Shown here: one piece after another, positions 19,254 to 27,672 of the stretch
Layout: every line of letters begins with the position of its first letter
Numbering within the stretch: the first letter of the stretch is position 1
From: a virus
Lineage: Duplodnaviria; Caudoviricetes
Strand: one strand, 5' to 3'
Virus record (IMG/VR): IMGVR_UViG_3300037483_000078
Coordinates: 1-43,862 of that record
Length of the DNA: 43,862 bases
The notes under the pieces: generated by a model
Seen by the model: only the letters and a program-made list of their open reading frames with translations
Database searches by the model: none
Told to the model about the DNA's origin: nothing
Translations under genes and position numbers: made by a program

Positions 19254-19633
19254 CTTGATTCCTTATCGTAAGTGGATAGTTGAAGGCGAAAATAAAACTC
19301 ATACACCTTCCTAATCTGTTCAGGGGTGGCGCTAGTCTTTATCACGTTGGCGAGCATACTCACCACGAGAATGTTTCCCCGGACGTAGCCGCGCTCTGAC
19401 ACAATGCGGTCAAGTGAGGGTGAGTTGTCGCTGCCGCCGCGCCGGGCCGAGCGCACGAGTGGGATTCCCAGCACCGGGCACACATCCGGTATCACGATGT
19501 CTTCCACCGTGATGTCGAAAGGTGTGCCCGACTTTCGTGCGCGGGCTTGGGCGTTGTACCACATGCGGCGTTCGGCGCTCAGTGCGTCTCGGCCCATGTG
19601 GCTCCTATCTTGTACTCCCCGTCCAGCGGACAA
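19250..19633 (-). CDS. Putative homing endonuclease, SPSLDR-type His-Me family
   Basis: A..RA...G.PFDIT..DI.IP..CPVLG...SPSLDRI....GYV.GNI.V.S..AN..K; true start may lie downstream (about 19598). Confidence 0.75.
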   Translation of the reverse strand: MSAGRGVQDRSHMGRDALSAERRMWYNAQARARKSGTPFDITVEDIVIPDVCPVLGIPLVRSARRGGSDNSPSLDRIVSERGYVRGNILVVSMLANVIKTSATPEQIRKVYEFYFRLQLSTYDKESR

Positions 19634-21426
19634 CGGAACTTGAAGTACTCGCCGGCTTTCGTGATAGCTGCAACGCCCGCCTTCCCGACAATGTCTGCCA
19701 GGTTGGGAAGCGTTTCAATCTGCCACTCGTCGTGGCTGTTCATCACGAACTCATACTCAACTCCCGGCCGCAGCGAATACACCCGCTGAAGTAGGTCGTC
19801 CAGTATCACCAACGCCTTCTTCATCTGCACCGCGCCAGCACCCTGCAACAGAGTGTTGGGCGCGGAGTGGTCGGAGCGTATGTGGAGCAGACGACCGTCG
19901 AGGCCACGAAGGTGTCCGGCGGACTTCGCCTTCTTCTTCACAGCGTCGATGAACTTCCCAAGGGCTGGGATGTTCTTCGCGATGTTGGTGCGGGATGCTC
20001 TTCCGAGCATCAACACGCCCTGCTTTCCCTTCGGCCGCTTCGCCTTGTCGATAGCTTCGAGCAGGATGACGCCCAGCTTGAAGTCGCCCGCGCCATAGAT
20101 GAACGCATAGAACCATGTCTTCGCCACATCGCGGCTCTTAATCAACAGCGCCTTCATGGTGAGGGAGTGTGGGTCTGTCCCGTCTTCCTTCTGACCACCA
20201 AGAACCGCCGTGATGTACGCACCGTTATCCCAGCGCGCCATGTAGCCGCCGAGGTCGCGAAGTTCGAGCGCCGCTGCGTCAATACCGACGAGAACAAAAC
20301 CGGGACGCGCCTCGAACAACTCGCGGCACTCCGGCCCATACGGTGAGTACGACGCCGGGGTCTGCGACAGGTTTGGCCGCGAGTGGGACATGCGCCCCGT
20401 CACCGCGCCGTTCGACGTGATGTGACAGTGAATGAACCCGTTCTTGGCGTGCTTGAGCCACGCCTCCTTGCCCTCCGCGATCTGGCCGAGACGCTTCTCT
20501 ACTGTCAGGTACTCGGTCAACAGTTGCGCGGGTGGATAGTTAAGGGCAGACAGAATCGTTTCGTCTACCTTTGGCTTTCCCTCGGGGGTCATGTCCACCG
20601 GGCGCCACCCATATAAGGTGGTGAGCCGGTCAGCCATGTGGTCGCGGCTGGATGGGTTGAACTCCCGCAGCTTGGTCTTACAGAACACCACGCCTGCGGC
20701 GTACCCCTTCTTCTTGTCATCCCGCTTCGGAGTGAACTCTCCGCCGTTCACGAACCACGGCGTGAAGGTGCGCTTCAGGTCTTCCTCAAGCCCGAGGCGC
20801 TTCTTCTGTAGCGTAGCTACGAGCTTGTGCGCCTTGGCTTCATTGAACTTGAAGCCTCGCAGATACTGGCGGAACAGGATGGTGACGACATCGTGCTCAA
20901 GCGCGATGGCCTCCTCGGAATACTTCTTGCTCAACATCTTGGCCCACAGCGCCTGCAACACGGCGGTGTCTTGGTCACAGTAGTCATCCATCTCGGGTGT
21001 CCACTCTTCCCACGGCCCCTTGAAGTCTCCCTTGTATTCGCCGAGGCGGTGGCCCCACGATTCGAGGGAGTGTCGGCCGATCAGGTTCTTCGGGAACGCT
21101 GGGTGTTTCTTGAGGTACGCGAAGTCCTGGTCCTTCAGGTTCGTGTAGATCAACTGTGAGTACACCAGCGTGTCACGGATGATGCCGCGCGGTTTCCACT
21201 TCGGGTATAGCTTCTTGATAAGCGGAACGTCGTGGCGGATGGCGTTGTGTGCCACCGTCATGTCGGCGTCTTCGAGGAGCTTCAAACCCGTCTCGATGGA
21301 CGGCGCGCTCTTCTTCTGGTTGTTGAAGCGCGCGCGGTGTCCGTCGGGGAACGCGATGTTCAGGCAGTGGAGCTTCGTGGCTTCCTCTAGGAAGCCGTTC
21401 GATTCTGTGTCGTAGAGTAAAGCCAC
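19579..21426 (-). CDS. DNA polymerase, family A (T7 gp5-like)
   Basis: Exo motif YDTE; motif A DAAALELR; motif B R..AKTWFYAFIYG; motif C HDEWQ. Confidence 0.97.
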   Translation of the reverse strand: MALLYDTESNGFLEEATKLHCLNIAFPDGHRARFNNQKKSAPSIETGLKLLEDADMTVAHNAIRHDVPLIKKLYPKWKPRGIIRDTLVYSQLIYTNLKDQDFAYLKKHPAFPKNLIGRHSLESWGHRLGEYKGDFKGPWEEWTPEMDDYCDQDTAVLQALWAKMLSKKYSEEAIALEHDVVTILFRQYLRGFKFNEAKAHKLVATLQKKRLGLEEDLKRTFTPWFVNGGEFTPKRDDKKKGYAAGVVFCKTKLREFNPSSRDHMADRLTTLYGWRPVDMTPEGKPKVDETILSALNYPPAQLLTEYLTVEKRLGQIAEGKEAWLKHAKNGFIHCHITSNGAVTGRMSHSRPNLSQTPASYSPYGPECRELFEARPGFVLVGIDAAALELRDLGGYMARWDNGAYITAVLGGQKEDGTDPHSLTMKALLIKSRDVAKTWFYAFIYGAGDFKLGVILLEAIDKAKRPKGKQGVLMLGRASRTNIAKNIPALGKFIDAVKKKAKSAGHLRGLDGRLLHIRSDHSAPNTLLQGAGAVQMKKALVILDDLLQRVYSLRPGVEYEFVMNSHDEWQIETLPNLADIVGKAGVAAITKAGEYFKFRCPLDGEYKIGATWAETH

Positions 21427-21435
21427 GAGTGTCTC

Positions 21436-21636
21436 CTATACCGCTTCGGGTTGAGTGAGTTGGCGAATCATAACTTGCGTCACAAACGGTTCATCGGGCT
21501 TGGTATACGCGGTGACAACGAACGTCCCGCCGAAGCGCTTCTCGTAGTCCTTACGCACCAGCAAGACATAGCGTTCACGATCAAGCAACGCGGCGCGGCG
21601 AGACGTTCGCGTGTTACGAACGATAAGATTTGCCAT
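21436..21636 (-). CDS. Hypothetical protein
   Basis: 66 aa; GAGGAG upstream. Confidence 0.6.
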   Translation of the reverse strand: MANLIVRNTRTSRRAALLDRERYVLLVRKDYEKRFGGTFVVTAYTKPDEPFVTQVMIRQLTQPEAV

Positions 21637-21651
21637 GAAGTTCTCCTCTCG

Positions 21652-21897
21652 TTAGTACCGGTTAGCCTTCGCCCGCTTGGCGCGGCCGTCTTTGTAGCCG
21701 GCGTTGTAGGCGTCCGTGAGTTCCTCCGACCGCTTCTTGTTCATCGCGGTGTCCATAGCGTCGGCAAGTAGGCCGGCATATTCTTTTTTGTCTGCGCCGC
21801 AATACCAATCAAAGGCATACCACGTATGACCCACAAGCGGGATGTACAGGTTAACCTTGAGGCGAACGGTCTCGCCGTGGCGCTCGAACGTAATCAT
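21652..21897 (-). CDS. Hypothetical protein
   Basis: 81 aa; TGATG coupling; AYNAGYKDG motif. Confidence 0.6.
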   Translation of the reverse strand: MITFERHGETVRLKVNLYIPLVGHTWYAFDWYCGADKKEYAGLLADAMDTAMNKKRSEELTDAYNAGYKDGRAKRAKANRY

Positions 21898-22244
21898 CAG
21901 AAGTGCTCCTCGGGGCTGGTACGAGACAGCACTTCAACAGCCGTCATCGGCGTAAGTGCACTTTCCAACTCTTTCTGCAACAACGCCATCGCGCGCCAAG
22001 CCATCTTGGTCGCGTGTCTCACGCCATCAGTGTCCACCGTGCCTCGCTGAAGGAAGTGACGCATGAGGCAGTCCGACTCGTCACCACTCTTACTGCGGTC
22101 CCAGCGTAACGGCGTGCCTGGGTTGTGCTGCTCGTTCCCGATGCGTGACAACTCGGCCACCGCGACGATAGCGTCGGGGAAGTAGTCGATGAAGCCGGTG
22201 GCGATGGGGATGGCCTTACGGGCCTTCGGTTCGTTAGGCAGCAT
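21897..22244 (-). CDS. dATP/dGTP diphosphohydrolase-like protein (DUF5664 type)
   Basis: YFPDAI..VA..S..GN..HNPG..L.W....S......L.RH......D.DG..H....AWRA.A.L pattern. Confidence 0.75.
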   Translation of the reverse strand: MLPNEPKARKAIPIATGFIDYFPDAIVAVAELSRIGNEQHNPGTPLRWDRSKSGDESDCLMRHFLQRGTVDTDGVRHATKMAWRAMALLQKELESALTPMTAVEVLSRTSPEEHF

Positions 22245-22488
22245 GTGCTCTCCTCATAAAGTTGCGGACTGCACGATGCAGCCCCGCGTTGAAGAACCGG
22301 CGCCACACATAGCTGCGAGCTACGGAGACGACGGTGAAGATTGAAGTAATCCAGAAGTTCGTGGACAGCGGGAGGTTGAACCCGAACATTGGTGCAACCC
22401 ACCACTGCCACACGAAGAAGGCCACCACGAACCCCGACATGGTGTTCGCCGTTGCCTCGATGAACGACTCTATGCGGCTTTGGTTCAT
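22234..22488 (-). CDS. Conserved small two-helix membrane protein of phages
   Basis: QS...SFIEA..N...GF...FT..S.ARSY..RR.FN pattern; likely start MNQS at 22488. Confidence 0.7.
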   Translation of the reverse strand: MNQSRIESFIEATANTMSGFVVAFFVWQWWVAPMFGFNLPLSTNFWITSIFTVVSVARSYVWRRFFNAGLHRAVRNFMRRAHAA

Positions 22489-22624
22489 GTCAAATCGTGC
22501 CAGATTTCTTGACCACACTCGTAGGCCGAACCAATAAGGGCGGTTAAGAACCCCACGCACAGTGGGATGACACCAATGACCCACACCAGTGACACTAATG
22601 GAGCTGTCCACCAGTTAATTTTCA

Positions 22625-24223
22625 TCAGAATGGTTCCTCCGTATCGAAGTCCGGCATCCCTTCCTCGGTCAGCCGTCCCGTGTCTCGGTTGTAGCGGAGC
22701 GACATCGCCACGCCGGTCTCGCCGCTGTAGCGGTTCTTCAGTACGCGCACCACCGTCACGTCCGCCTCGTCACCCTGCTGGTTACGTTCCAGCCCAATGA
22801 CGATGTCACTTAGCTGCGCGATGGCGTGAGAGCCTCGGAGTTGTGAGAGCGAGGTGTGTGCGCCCTCCTCGTGTCCCTTACCTTCAGGACGCTTGAGGTG
22901 GGAGATGATGATTAGCCCGACGCCCGTCTCTTCGACGAGAGAGCGGAGCATGGTCATCATGTTGTCAATCAGTCGTCTCTCGTCCCCATCTCCCATTCCC
23001 GATACAACGATTGATATATGGTCAAGAACAAGCCAACCACAGCCGCAACCGCGAGCCAGATAGCGAAGACGAGCAAGAAGATTGGTCGAGTCAATCGAGC
23101 CCCAATGGTCGTACAAATAAACACGGCCCGTGCCCACAGTTTTCTCCCACGCTTCGCGAAGCTGTTCATCAGTGATGCCCTCTCGTGTCAGGTGGATTGG
23201 TCGGTTGAGTTCGAGAGACATGAGCCCCTCGACCGTGCGGCGCGTGTTCTCTTCGAGCGCCACGATGCCAACCGTCTCGCCCTTCTCGATCAGGTGGTGA
23301 CACACCTCACGCGCGAGGAGCGACTTGCCGATGCCGGAGCCGGCAGTGAGGGTGACAAGCTCTCCACGGCGCAAGCCGTGTGTCTTATCGTTGAGCCCGG
23401 CCCATGGATAGGTGAGAGCCACCGTGTTGAGTGGCTCCTGCACCATCGTCCAGGTTTCCTCACCGGACACGATGCCGTCCGGGCGGAACACCTTCGCTCC
23501 CCATATCGCGTCGATGACTTCCTTACCGCGCCCCGCTTGGAGCATCTCATTGGCATCCTTCAACGGGAGCGTTGCTATCTTCGCCTTGCCGGGAGAGAGG
23601 ATGGCCGCGCACTCTTTCGCAGCGGAGATGCCGGGCTCGTCGTTGTCGAACATGAAGATGACGGCGTCGAACTTCTCGACATACTCAAGTGACTTCTTGA
23701 TTGACTTGGCCGCACCCTGCGCGCCGTTCGGCACCGACACTACCGGCCACTTGTTGCCCTGTAACTGTGAGACGGAAAGCGCATCAATCTCGCCCTCCGT
23801 GATGACCAACATCTTCCCACTGTCACGCCACAGGTGGGCGCCATAGAGGCCGGAGTGCTTCGCGTCCCCGAGGAACGTGAAGTCCTTGTCGGGGAAGCGT
23901 AGCTTCTGCGCGATGATCTTCCCGTCCTCCATGTAGTTCGCCACCTGCACGCGACGCCCGTTGTACTCACCAACCTCGTAGCGAAACTTCTCGCACGTTT
24001 CGAGGGTGATGCACCGCTTCACGAGCGGAGTACATTCCCCGCGTACAAACTTCGAGTCTGACACTCTCTTTTCCCCCGCTTCGGCTTTGCCGCTTGCATG
24101 TACGTAGTGAGAACAACTGAAACAAAATTTATGACCATCGGTGTACACACCACAAGCGTCCGAGGAGCCGCACTTCTCACACGGTTCGTGGCTTACGAAG
24201 CTCGACTCGCTACTAGTTTGCAT
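22625..24223 (-). CDS. Primase-helicase (gp4-like)
   Basis: CEKC..CFSC zinc finger, TOPRIM EGEID and FDND, Walker A AGSGIGKS, LDHISI and LRGS..IAQLSD. Confidence 0.97.
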   Translation of the reverse strand: MQTSSESSFVSHEPCEKCGSSDACGVYTDGHKFCFSCSHYVHASGKAEAGEKRVSDSKFVRGECTPLVKRCITLETCEKFRYEVGEYNGRRVQVANYMEDGKIIAQKLRFPDKDFTFLGDAKHSGLYGAHLWRDSGKMLVITEGEIDALSVSQLQGNKWPVVSVPNGAQGAAKSIKKSLEYVEKFDAVIFMFDNDEPGISAAKECAAILSPGKAKIATLPLKDANEMLQAGRGKEVIDAIWGAKVFRPDGIVSGEETWTMVQEPLNTVALTYPWAGLNDKTHGLRRGELVTLTAGSGIGKSLLAREVCHHLIEKGETVGIVALEENTRRTVEGLMSLELNRPIHLTREGITDEQLREAWEKTVGTGRVYLYDHWGSIDSTNLLARLRYLARGCGCGWLVLDHISIVVSGMGDGDERRLIDNMMTMLRSLVEETGVGLIIISHLKRPEGKGHEEGAHTSLSQLRGSHAIAQLSDIVIGLERNQQGDEADVTVVRVLKNRYSGETGVAMSLRYNRDTGRLTEEGMPDFDTEEPF

Positions 24224-24714
24224 AGCTCAATAACCTCCTCGTCGGTGAACTGTTGCTTTGCCGCGTTGTACCACCAGCACACGACCTGTACATTGTTCGT
24301 GGTGTAGCCAAGTGCGGGATTTATTTTGTCTAAAGATGGAGAGCGCGGGCTGCGGTCCCCCATGCCGGTGTAGGACTTACTCAAGATGTCAAACGCCAAC
24401 CCGGTGCGTGGGCACGGGTGGCGTAGTCTTTCTTCAATCCACTGAACGGAAAGGTTGAACTTAGTGTCCCGCTGTTCGGAGCGATACTTTGCCGAACCAT
24501 AGAGATTTACAGCTTGGCGATGTACCGGCCAGCAGTTAGAACAATATACCGACCTTCGATTATTTCCCGAGTGAAGCACACCGCACGATGGACATTCTTT
24601 AGCGCGGGAAGCCTTCACACATGCTATACACGGCTGACGAAGTCCACCTTCTGTTCGCGGATGGAATCTAGCCGTTGGTTCTTTGTCACCACACCTACTA
24701 CAGGTTTTAAGCAC
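24193..24714 (-). CDS. Putative homing endonuclease, SPSLD-type, with N-terminal zinc fingers
   Basis: CSRC/CIAC/CPSC/CSNC followed by AK.R......FNLS...CP.TG..F...SPSLDKI....GYT..NVQVV...YN.AK; GTG start at 24714 is inferred. Confidence 0.75.
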   Translation of the reverse strand: MLKTCSRCGDKEPTARFHPRTEGGLRQPCIACVKASRAKECPSCGVLHSGNNRRSVYCSNCWPVHRQAVNLYGSAKYRSEQRDTKFNLSVQWIEERLRHPCPRTGLAFDILSKSYTGMGDRSPRSPSLDKINPALGYTTNNVQVVCWWYNAAKQQFTDEEVIELCKLVASRAS

Positions 24715-24925
24715 GAATGTCTCATTTAGGTTTGTTGTCTCCTCAAGAAAAATAAGCGGAGCATCTCTGCCCCGCTTATTGTTATCGTTTACTTCCAGCC
24801 CAGCGCCCGCTTCAGCCGCTTCAGGAACGGCCACTTGATCGTGCGTGGTGTGGCCTTCTGTGCCGTCACGACAGCACGCGCGAGCGCATGACGTAGCGCG
24901 TGGTTCTTCGGGAATGGGCGCCGGC

Positions 24926-25177
24926 TCATGCGGACGCCCGCAGGTCTCCCGCCTTGGGACGCATGTCCACCTCGACGAGCTTCCCGTGGTACAAGTACCG
25001 GCCGTATTCCTGGCCGTTCGGGTCGAGCTTCTTGACGGTCGAGATGTCGTGACCGGCCTTGCGGAAACGCTCGACGCACGAGGCGAGGCGGAACACGCCG
25101 TACAGACCCAGCGCTTCAAGCGCAGTGATGGAGCCTTTGGTTTCCAGATGCTTCAAGATTGCAGCTTGCTTTAACAT
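24926..25177 (-). CDS. Winged helix-turn-helix protein
   Basis: IL.HL...GSIT.LEA...YG.FRLA......R..G.DI pattern; GAGGAGG RBS. Confidence 0.8.
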   Translation of the reverse strand: MLKQAAILKHLETKGSITALEALGLYGVFRLASCVERFRKAGHDISTVKKLDPNGQEYGRYLYHGKLVEVDMRPKAGDLRASA

Positions 25178-25285
25178 GGTGTCCTCCTCGGGACGTGGTT
25201 ACGGTTAAGAAAAAGGCGCTGCCTGCTACTCCGGTTTACCCAGCACTAATCGGTCGGACGGGTCACACAGGAAGTCAGCGCAAAA

Positions 25286-25378
25286 TGGCGAACACGGCAG
25301 GCGTGCTACCTGCTCCTCCACGCTTGATGGCGTGGCATCCTACAAGCCGGGGTGCCCAGCGGATTAGACGACGTGTTC
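25286..25378 (-). ncRNA. tRNA-like RNA ending in CCA, with a non-canonical T loop and anticodon arm
   Basis: 7-bp acceptor GAACACG/CGTGTTC plus G-CCA, T stem GCAGG/CCTGC, tRNA-like TCGTCTAA at positions 8-15, extra stem CCACGC/GCGTGG. Confidence 0.55.
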
Positions 25379-25449
25379 GTAATCAGGACCCGTTTATTTC
25401 AATCCTCTGCCTCCGCCATACGGGTCAAGATGGGGACGTGGACTCGTTG

Positions 25450-25794
25450 CTAAGCGAAGCAGTGCTGCCCGAACTGCGTGAACGGGTCGAGCAGGTTCGC
25501 ACATATCCAGCGGGCCATCTTCTGACGGCGCGTGCCGGAATACTTCGGATTGAACAGGTAGCGCTCCATGCGCCCGGTGAACATCACCTCGTGAGGCACA
25601 TCGAGAAACAGCAGAGACGTGAAGATGTTGAGTGACACATCAAGCGCGTACCCGATAACCATGAACGGGTAAGCGAACGGCCACTTCACGACGGGCGTAA
25701 TCTTCTCGATGTGTTCCTTTAGATTCATCGCGCCCAAGTACCACGCCCACGTTACGAACATGAGCAGGTATACAGCCAGTGCGTATTCAAACAT
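25450..25794 (-). CDS. Membrane protein
   Basis: Two hydrophobic segments and a D..LN...R......C..LLDPF...HC pattern; start MFEY with AAGGA RBS. Confidence 0.7.
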   Translation of the reverse strand: MFEYALAVYLLMFVTWAWYLGAMNLKEHIEKITPVVKWPFAYPFMVIGYALDVSLNIFTSLLFLDVPHEVMFTGRMERYLFNPKYSGTRRQKMARWICANLLDPFTQFGQHCFA

Positions 25795-25975
25795 TGTGTG
25801 TGTTTCCTTTGCCGGTCCAGCCGGCTCCTTTGAAGTGAACCGCCGGGGCGGAGAACATGCGCGCCATCGGCGCACGGCAGTTAGGACAGGACACGGTAAC
25901 GTCTCTGTCTTTTACGGAACGCAGGTCTTCTTGTTGCTTACCACAGCGTGTGCACTTGTACTCATAGATGGGCAT
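25787..25975 (-). CDS. FmdB-family zinc-ribbon protein
   Basis: MPIYEYKC..CG...CP.C...M.R..S.....FKG.GW signature. Confidence 0.88.
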   Translation of the reverse strand: MPIYEYKCTRCGKQQEDLRSVKDRDVTVSCPNCRAPMARMFSAPAVHFKGAGWTGKGNTHNV

Positions 25976-26012
25976 CCCACAGTCTCCTCGTCGGTGTTAA
26001 GCGGGGAATTCA

Positions 26013-26444
26013 TTAGCCCCCCCCCCCCTTTCTACCGTCAAACGTGCTGGATAAGTACACCACCAGGCGATTTAACAGTTCGGGTGTTGAACGGCGCGAT
26101 GCAAAACTTCGGTTACACCACTGACACAGCAACCCACGGACGCGGCCCGTTGTGTGGTCGTGGTCTACGACTAAACCGTGCGTGGGGGTAGTGCCACACA
26201 GCGCACAACGTCCACGCTGTTTTTTCTCCATGACCGAGCGCTGCTCTATTGAAATACCGTAAAGGCGTTTCAGGGTGGCCCGCCGAACGTCGCCTAAAAT
26301 TTTCGCCCGGTTCTTTTTGTAATAATTCCGCCGGTACTGCCGCCGTGCTGGGGCACGGCGCTTCTCATAACACGGACGACACAAACCGAGGGCGTAGTTG
26401 GTCTGGCAACTATGTCCCACACAGGTTTCCCGAAACGCCACCAA
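26013..26444 (-). CDS. Endonuclease VII-type HNH homing endonuclease
   Basis: YGIS......M...Q.G.CALC...LVVDHDHTTG.VRGLLC..CN. Confidence 0.85.
   Translation of the reverse strand: MVAFRETCVGHSCQTNYALGLCRPCYEKRRAPARRQYRRNYYKKNRAKILGDVRRATLKRLYGISIEQRSVMEKKQRGRCALCGTTPTHGLVVDHDHTTGRVRGLLCQWCNRSFASRRSTPELLNRLVVYLSSTFDGRKGGGG
26026..26050 (-). promoter_or_regulatory. Degenerate fourth copy of the putative phage promoter, running into a G12 tract
   Basis: CCAGCACGTTTGACGGTAGAAAGG versus GTAGCACGTTTGGCGGACTATTGG: core 13/14 identical, GG at the same offset. Confidence 0.45.
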
Positions 26445-26925
26445 GCCAATCGCGGACCGAAAAACACGGACAAGCCTTAGTCACGCCGGGAAAGTCGCGG
26501 TGCCCTTGGACCACGGCGTTAGGGGCGTAAGCCTGTAGTTGCTTTACCAACACCGCGAGCGCGGCCCACTGGTGTGGGGTGAAGTTGTTCTCGGGTTTCA
26601 AGTCCCAATTCGGACCATCCACGTCATCCTTACCGTCCGCGTCCTTCTCCTGCCGGACCCCGCCGACGAGGCAGATGCCGATGGACTCATGGTTGAATCC
26701 AGCGACGTGTGCACCCATCTCGGTGAGTTGCCGGCCGGTCTCTACGCGGCCGTTGCGACGGATGACGTAGTGATAGCCGATCTTGAGGAAGCCCTTGGTT
26801 CGGTGCCAGCGGTCAATCTCTACGACACCAACGTCGGTGGACGGTGGTGTGGCAGAGCAGTGAATGGCGATGTACTTGATGTCTTGTGGTGTGAGTTGTT
26901 TTGTAAGTTGCTTAGTGAGCGCCAT
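26410..26925 (-). CDS. N-acetylmuramoyl-L-alanine amidase (T7 lysozyme gp3.5-like)
   Basis: IHCSAT, EIDRWH, IGYHYVI.R.G.VE.GR, GAHV.G.N..SIGICLVGG, GHRD...K.CP.F. Confidence 0.95.
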   Translation of the reverse strand: MALTKQLTKQLTPQDIKYIAIHCSATPPSTDVGVVEIDRWHRTKGFLKIGYHYVIRRNGRVETGRQLTEMGAHVAGFNHESIGICLVGGVRQEKDADGKDDVDGPNWDLKPENNFTPHQWAALAVLVKQLQAYAPNAVVQGHRDFPGVTKACPCFSVRDWLGGVSGNLCGT

Positions 26926-27232
26926 AGCGCAGCACCTCGGAGAGCGTGCCACGGAAGTCTTGAATGACTACAGCACAGTTACCGTCTTCGCGTTCGCTCA
27001 ACATGGCGTTGTGCTTCAGGTCATCCAAACCCCGGTGAAGGGACTCAGGAGCCCGAGGCGTGTTTTCCTTGGCGGCTTCAGCGAAGTCGAATAGTTGATC
27101 GGTTGGTATAAGGATTGCTTTCCTTGCACCGGGTTCGAGTTTGTACTTCTCAAGTTGTAGGAAGATGTTGCAAGCCCACTTCTTCACGATGTCCAGCTTG
27201 GTCAGGGTGTAGTTACGGACGAGGTCTTTCAT
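26912..27232 (-). CDS. Hypothetical protein
   Basis: 106 aa; overlaps both neighbours. Confidence 0.6.
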   Translation of the reverse strand: MKDLVRNYTLTKLDIVKKWACNIFLQLEKYKLEPGARKAILIPTDQLFDFAEAAKENTPRAPESLHRGLDDLKHNAMLSEREDGNCAVVIQDFRGTLSEVLRYGAH

Positions 27233-27672
27233 CTGTAAACTTCCACGAGCGTGCCGGGTTGCTCGCCAGGATTGGCGAACCGCTTGGACGTGTGTAGGTC
27301 AACGACTTGATCGTCGTCGTGCCACACCGTCGCAGCCTTGGTGATGGCGTCGAGCGGAGCCTTGGCGTAGTTGTCTACGTCACCGCGCGGCCACACCAAC
27401 TTCGAGGTCTTGGCCTTCTGAACAATGTTGGTGATGCGGACGAACAATGGCCCCAACAGTGGCGCGTCGTTTGGAAACCCCGAGTCGTTCTGCGACAGCC
27501 ACAGTGCCGCCCCCTTCATCCATTCCTTGTAGGTCTTCCCGTAGTACGTTCCCCAGCGCGTGACGCGCGGGCGTGATGCGGGAACCGGAGGAACTGGAAT
27601 GAAGAAGGAAGCGACACACTGCTTCCCTACAAACGAGCCGGGATTAGAAATCCGCCGATTCGTCTTCGCCAC
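27229..27672 (-). CDS. RusA-like Holliday junction resolvase
   Basis: P.PASRPR...GDVDNYAK..LD......W.DD.QVV catalytic motif; GTG start at about 27672 is inferred. Confidence 0.85.
   Translation of the reverse strand: MAKTNRRISNPGSFVGKQCVASFFIPVPPVPASRPRVTRWGTYYGKTYKEWMKGAALWLSQNDSGFPNDAPLLGPLFVRITNIVQKAKTSKLVWPRGDVDNYAKAPLDAITKAATVWHDDDQVVDLHTSKRFANPGEQPGTLVEVYR

Noticed and set aside
19579-22244. Z-genome (2-aminoadenine) system
   Set aside because: No PurZ or DatZ recognisable; the polymerase is an ordinary T7-like enzyme with Tyr in motif B
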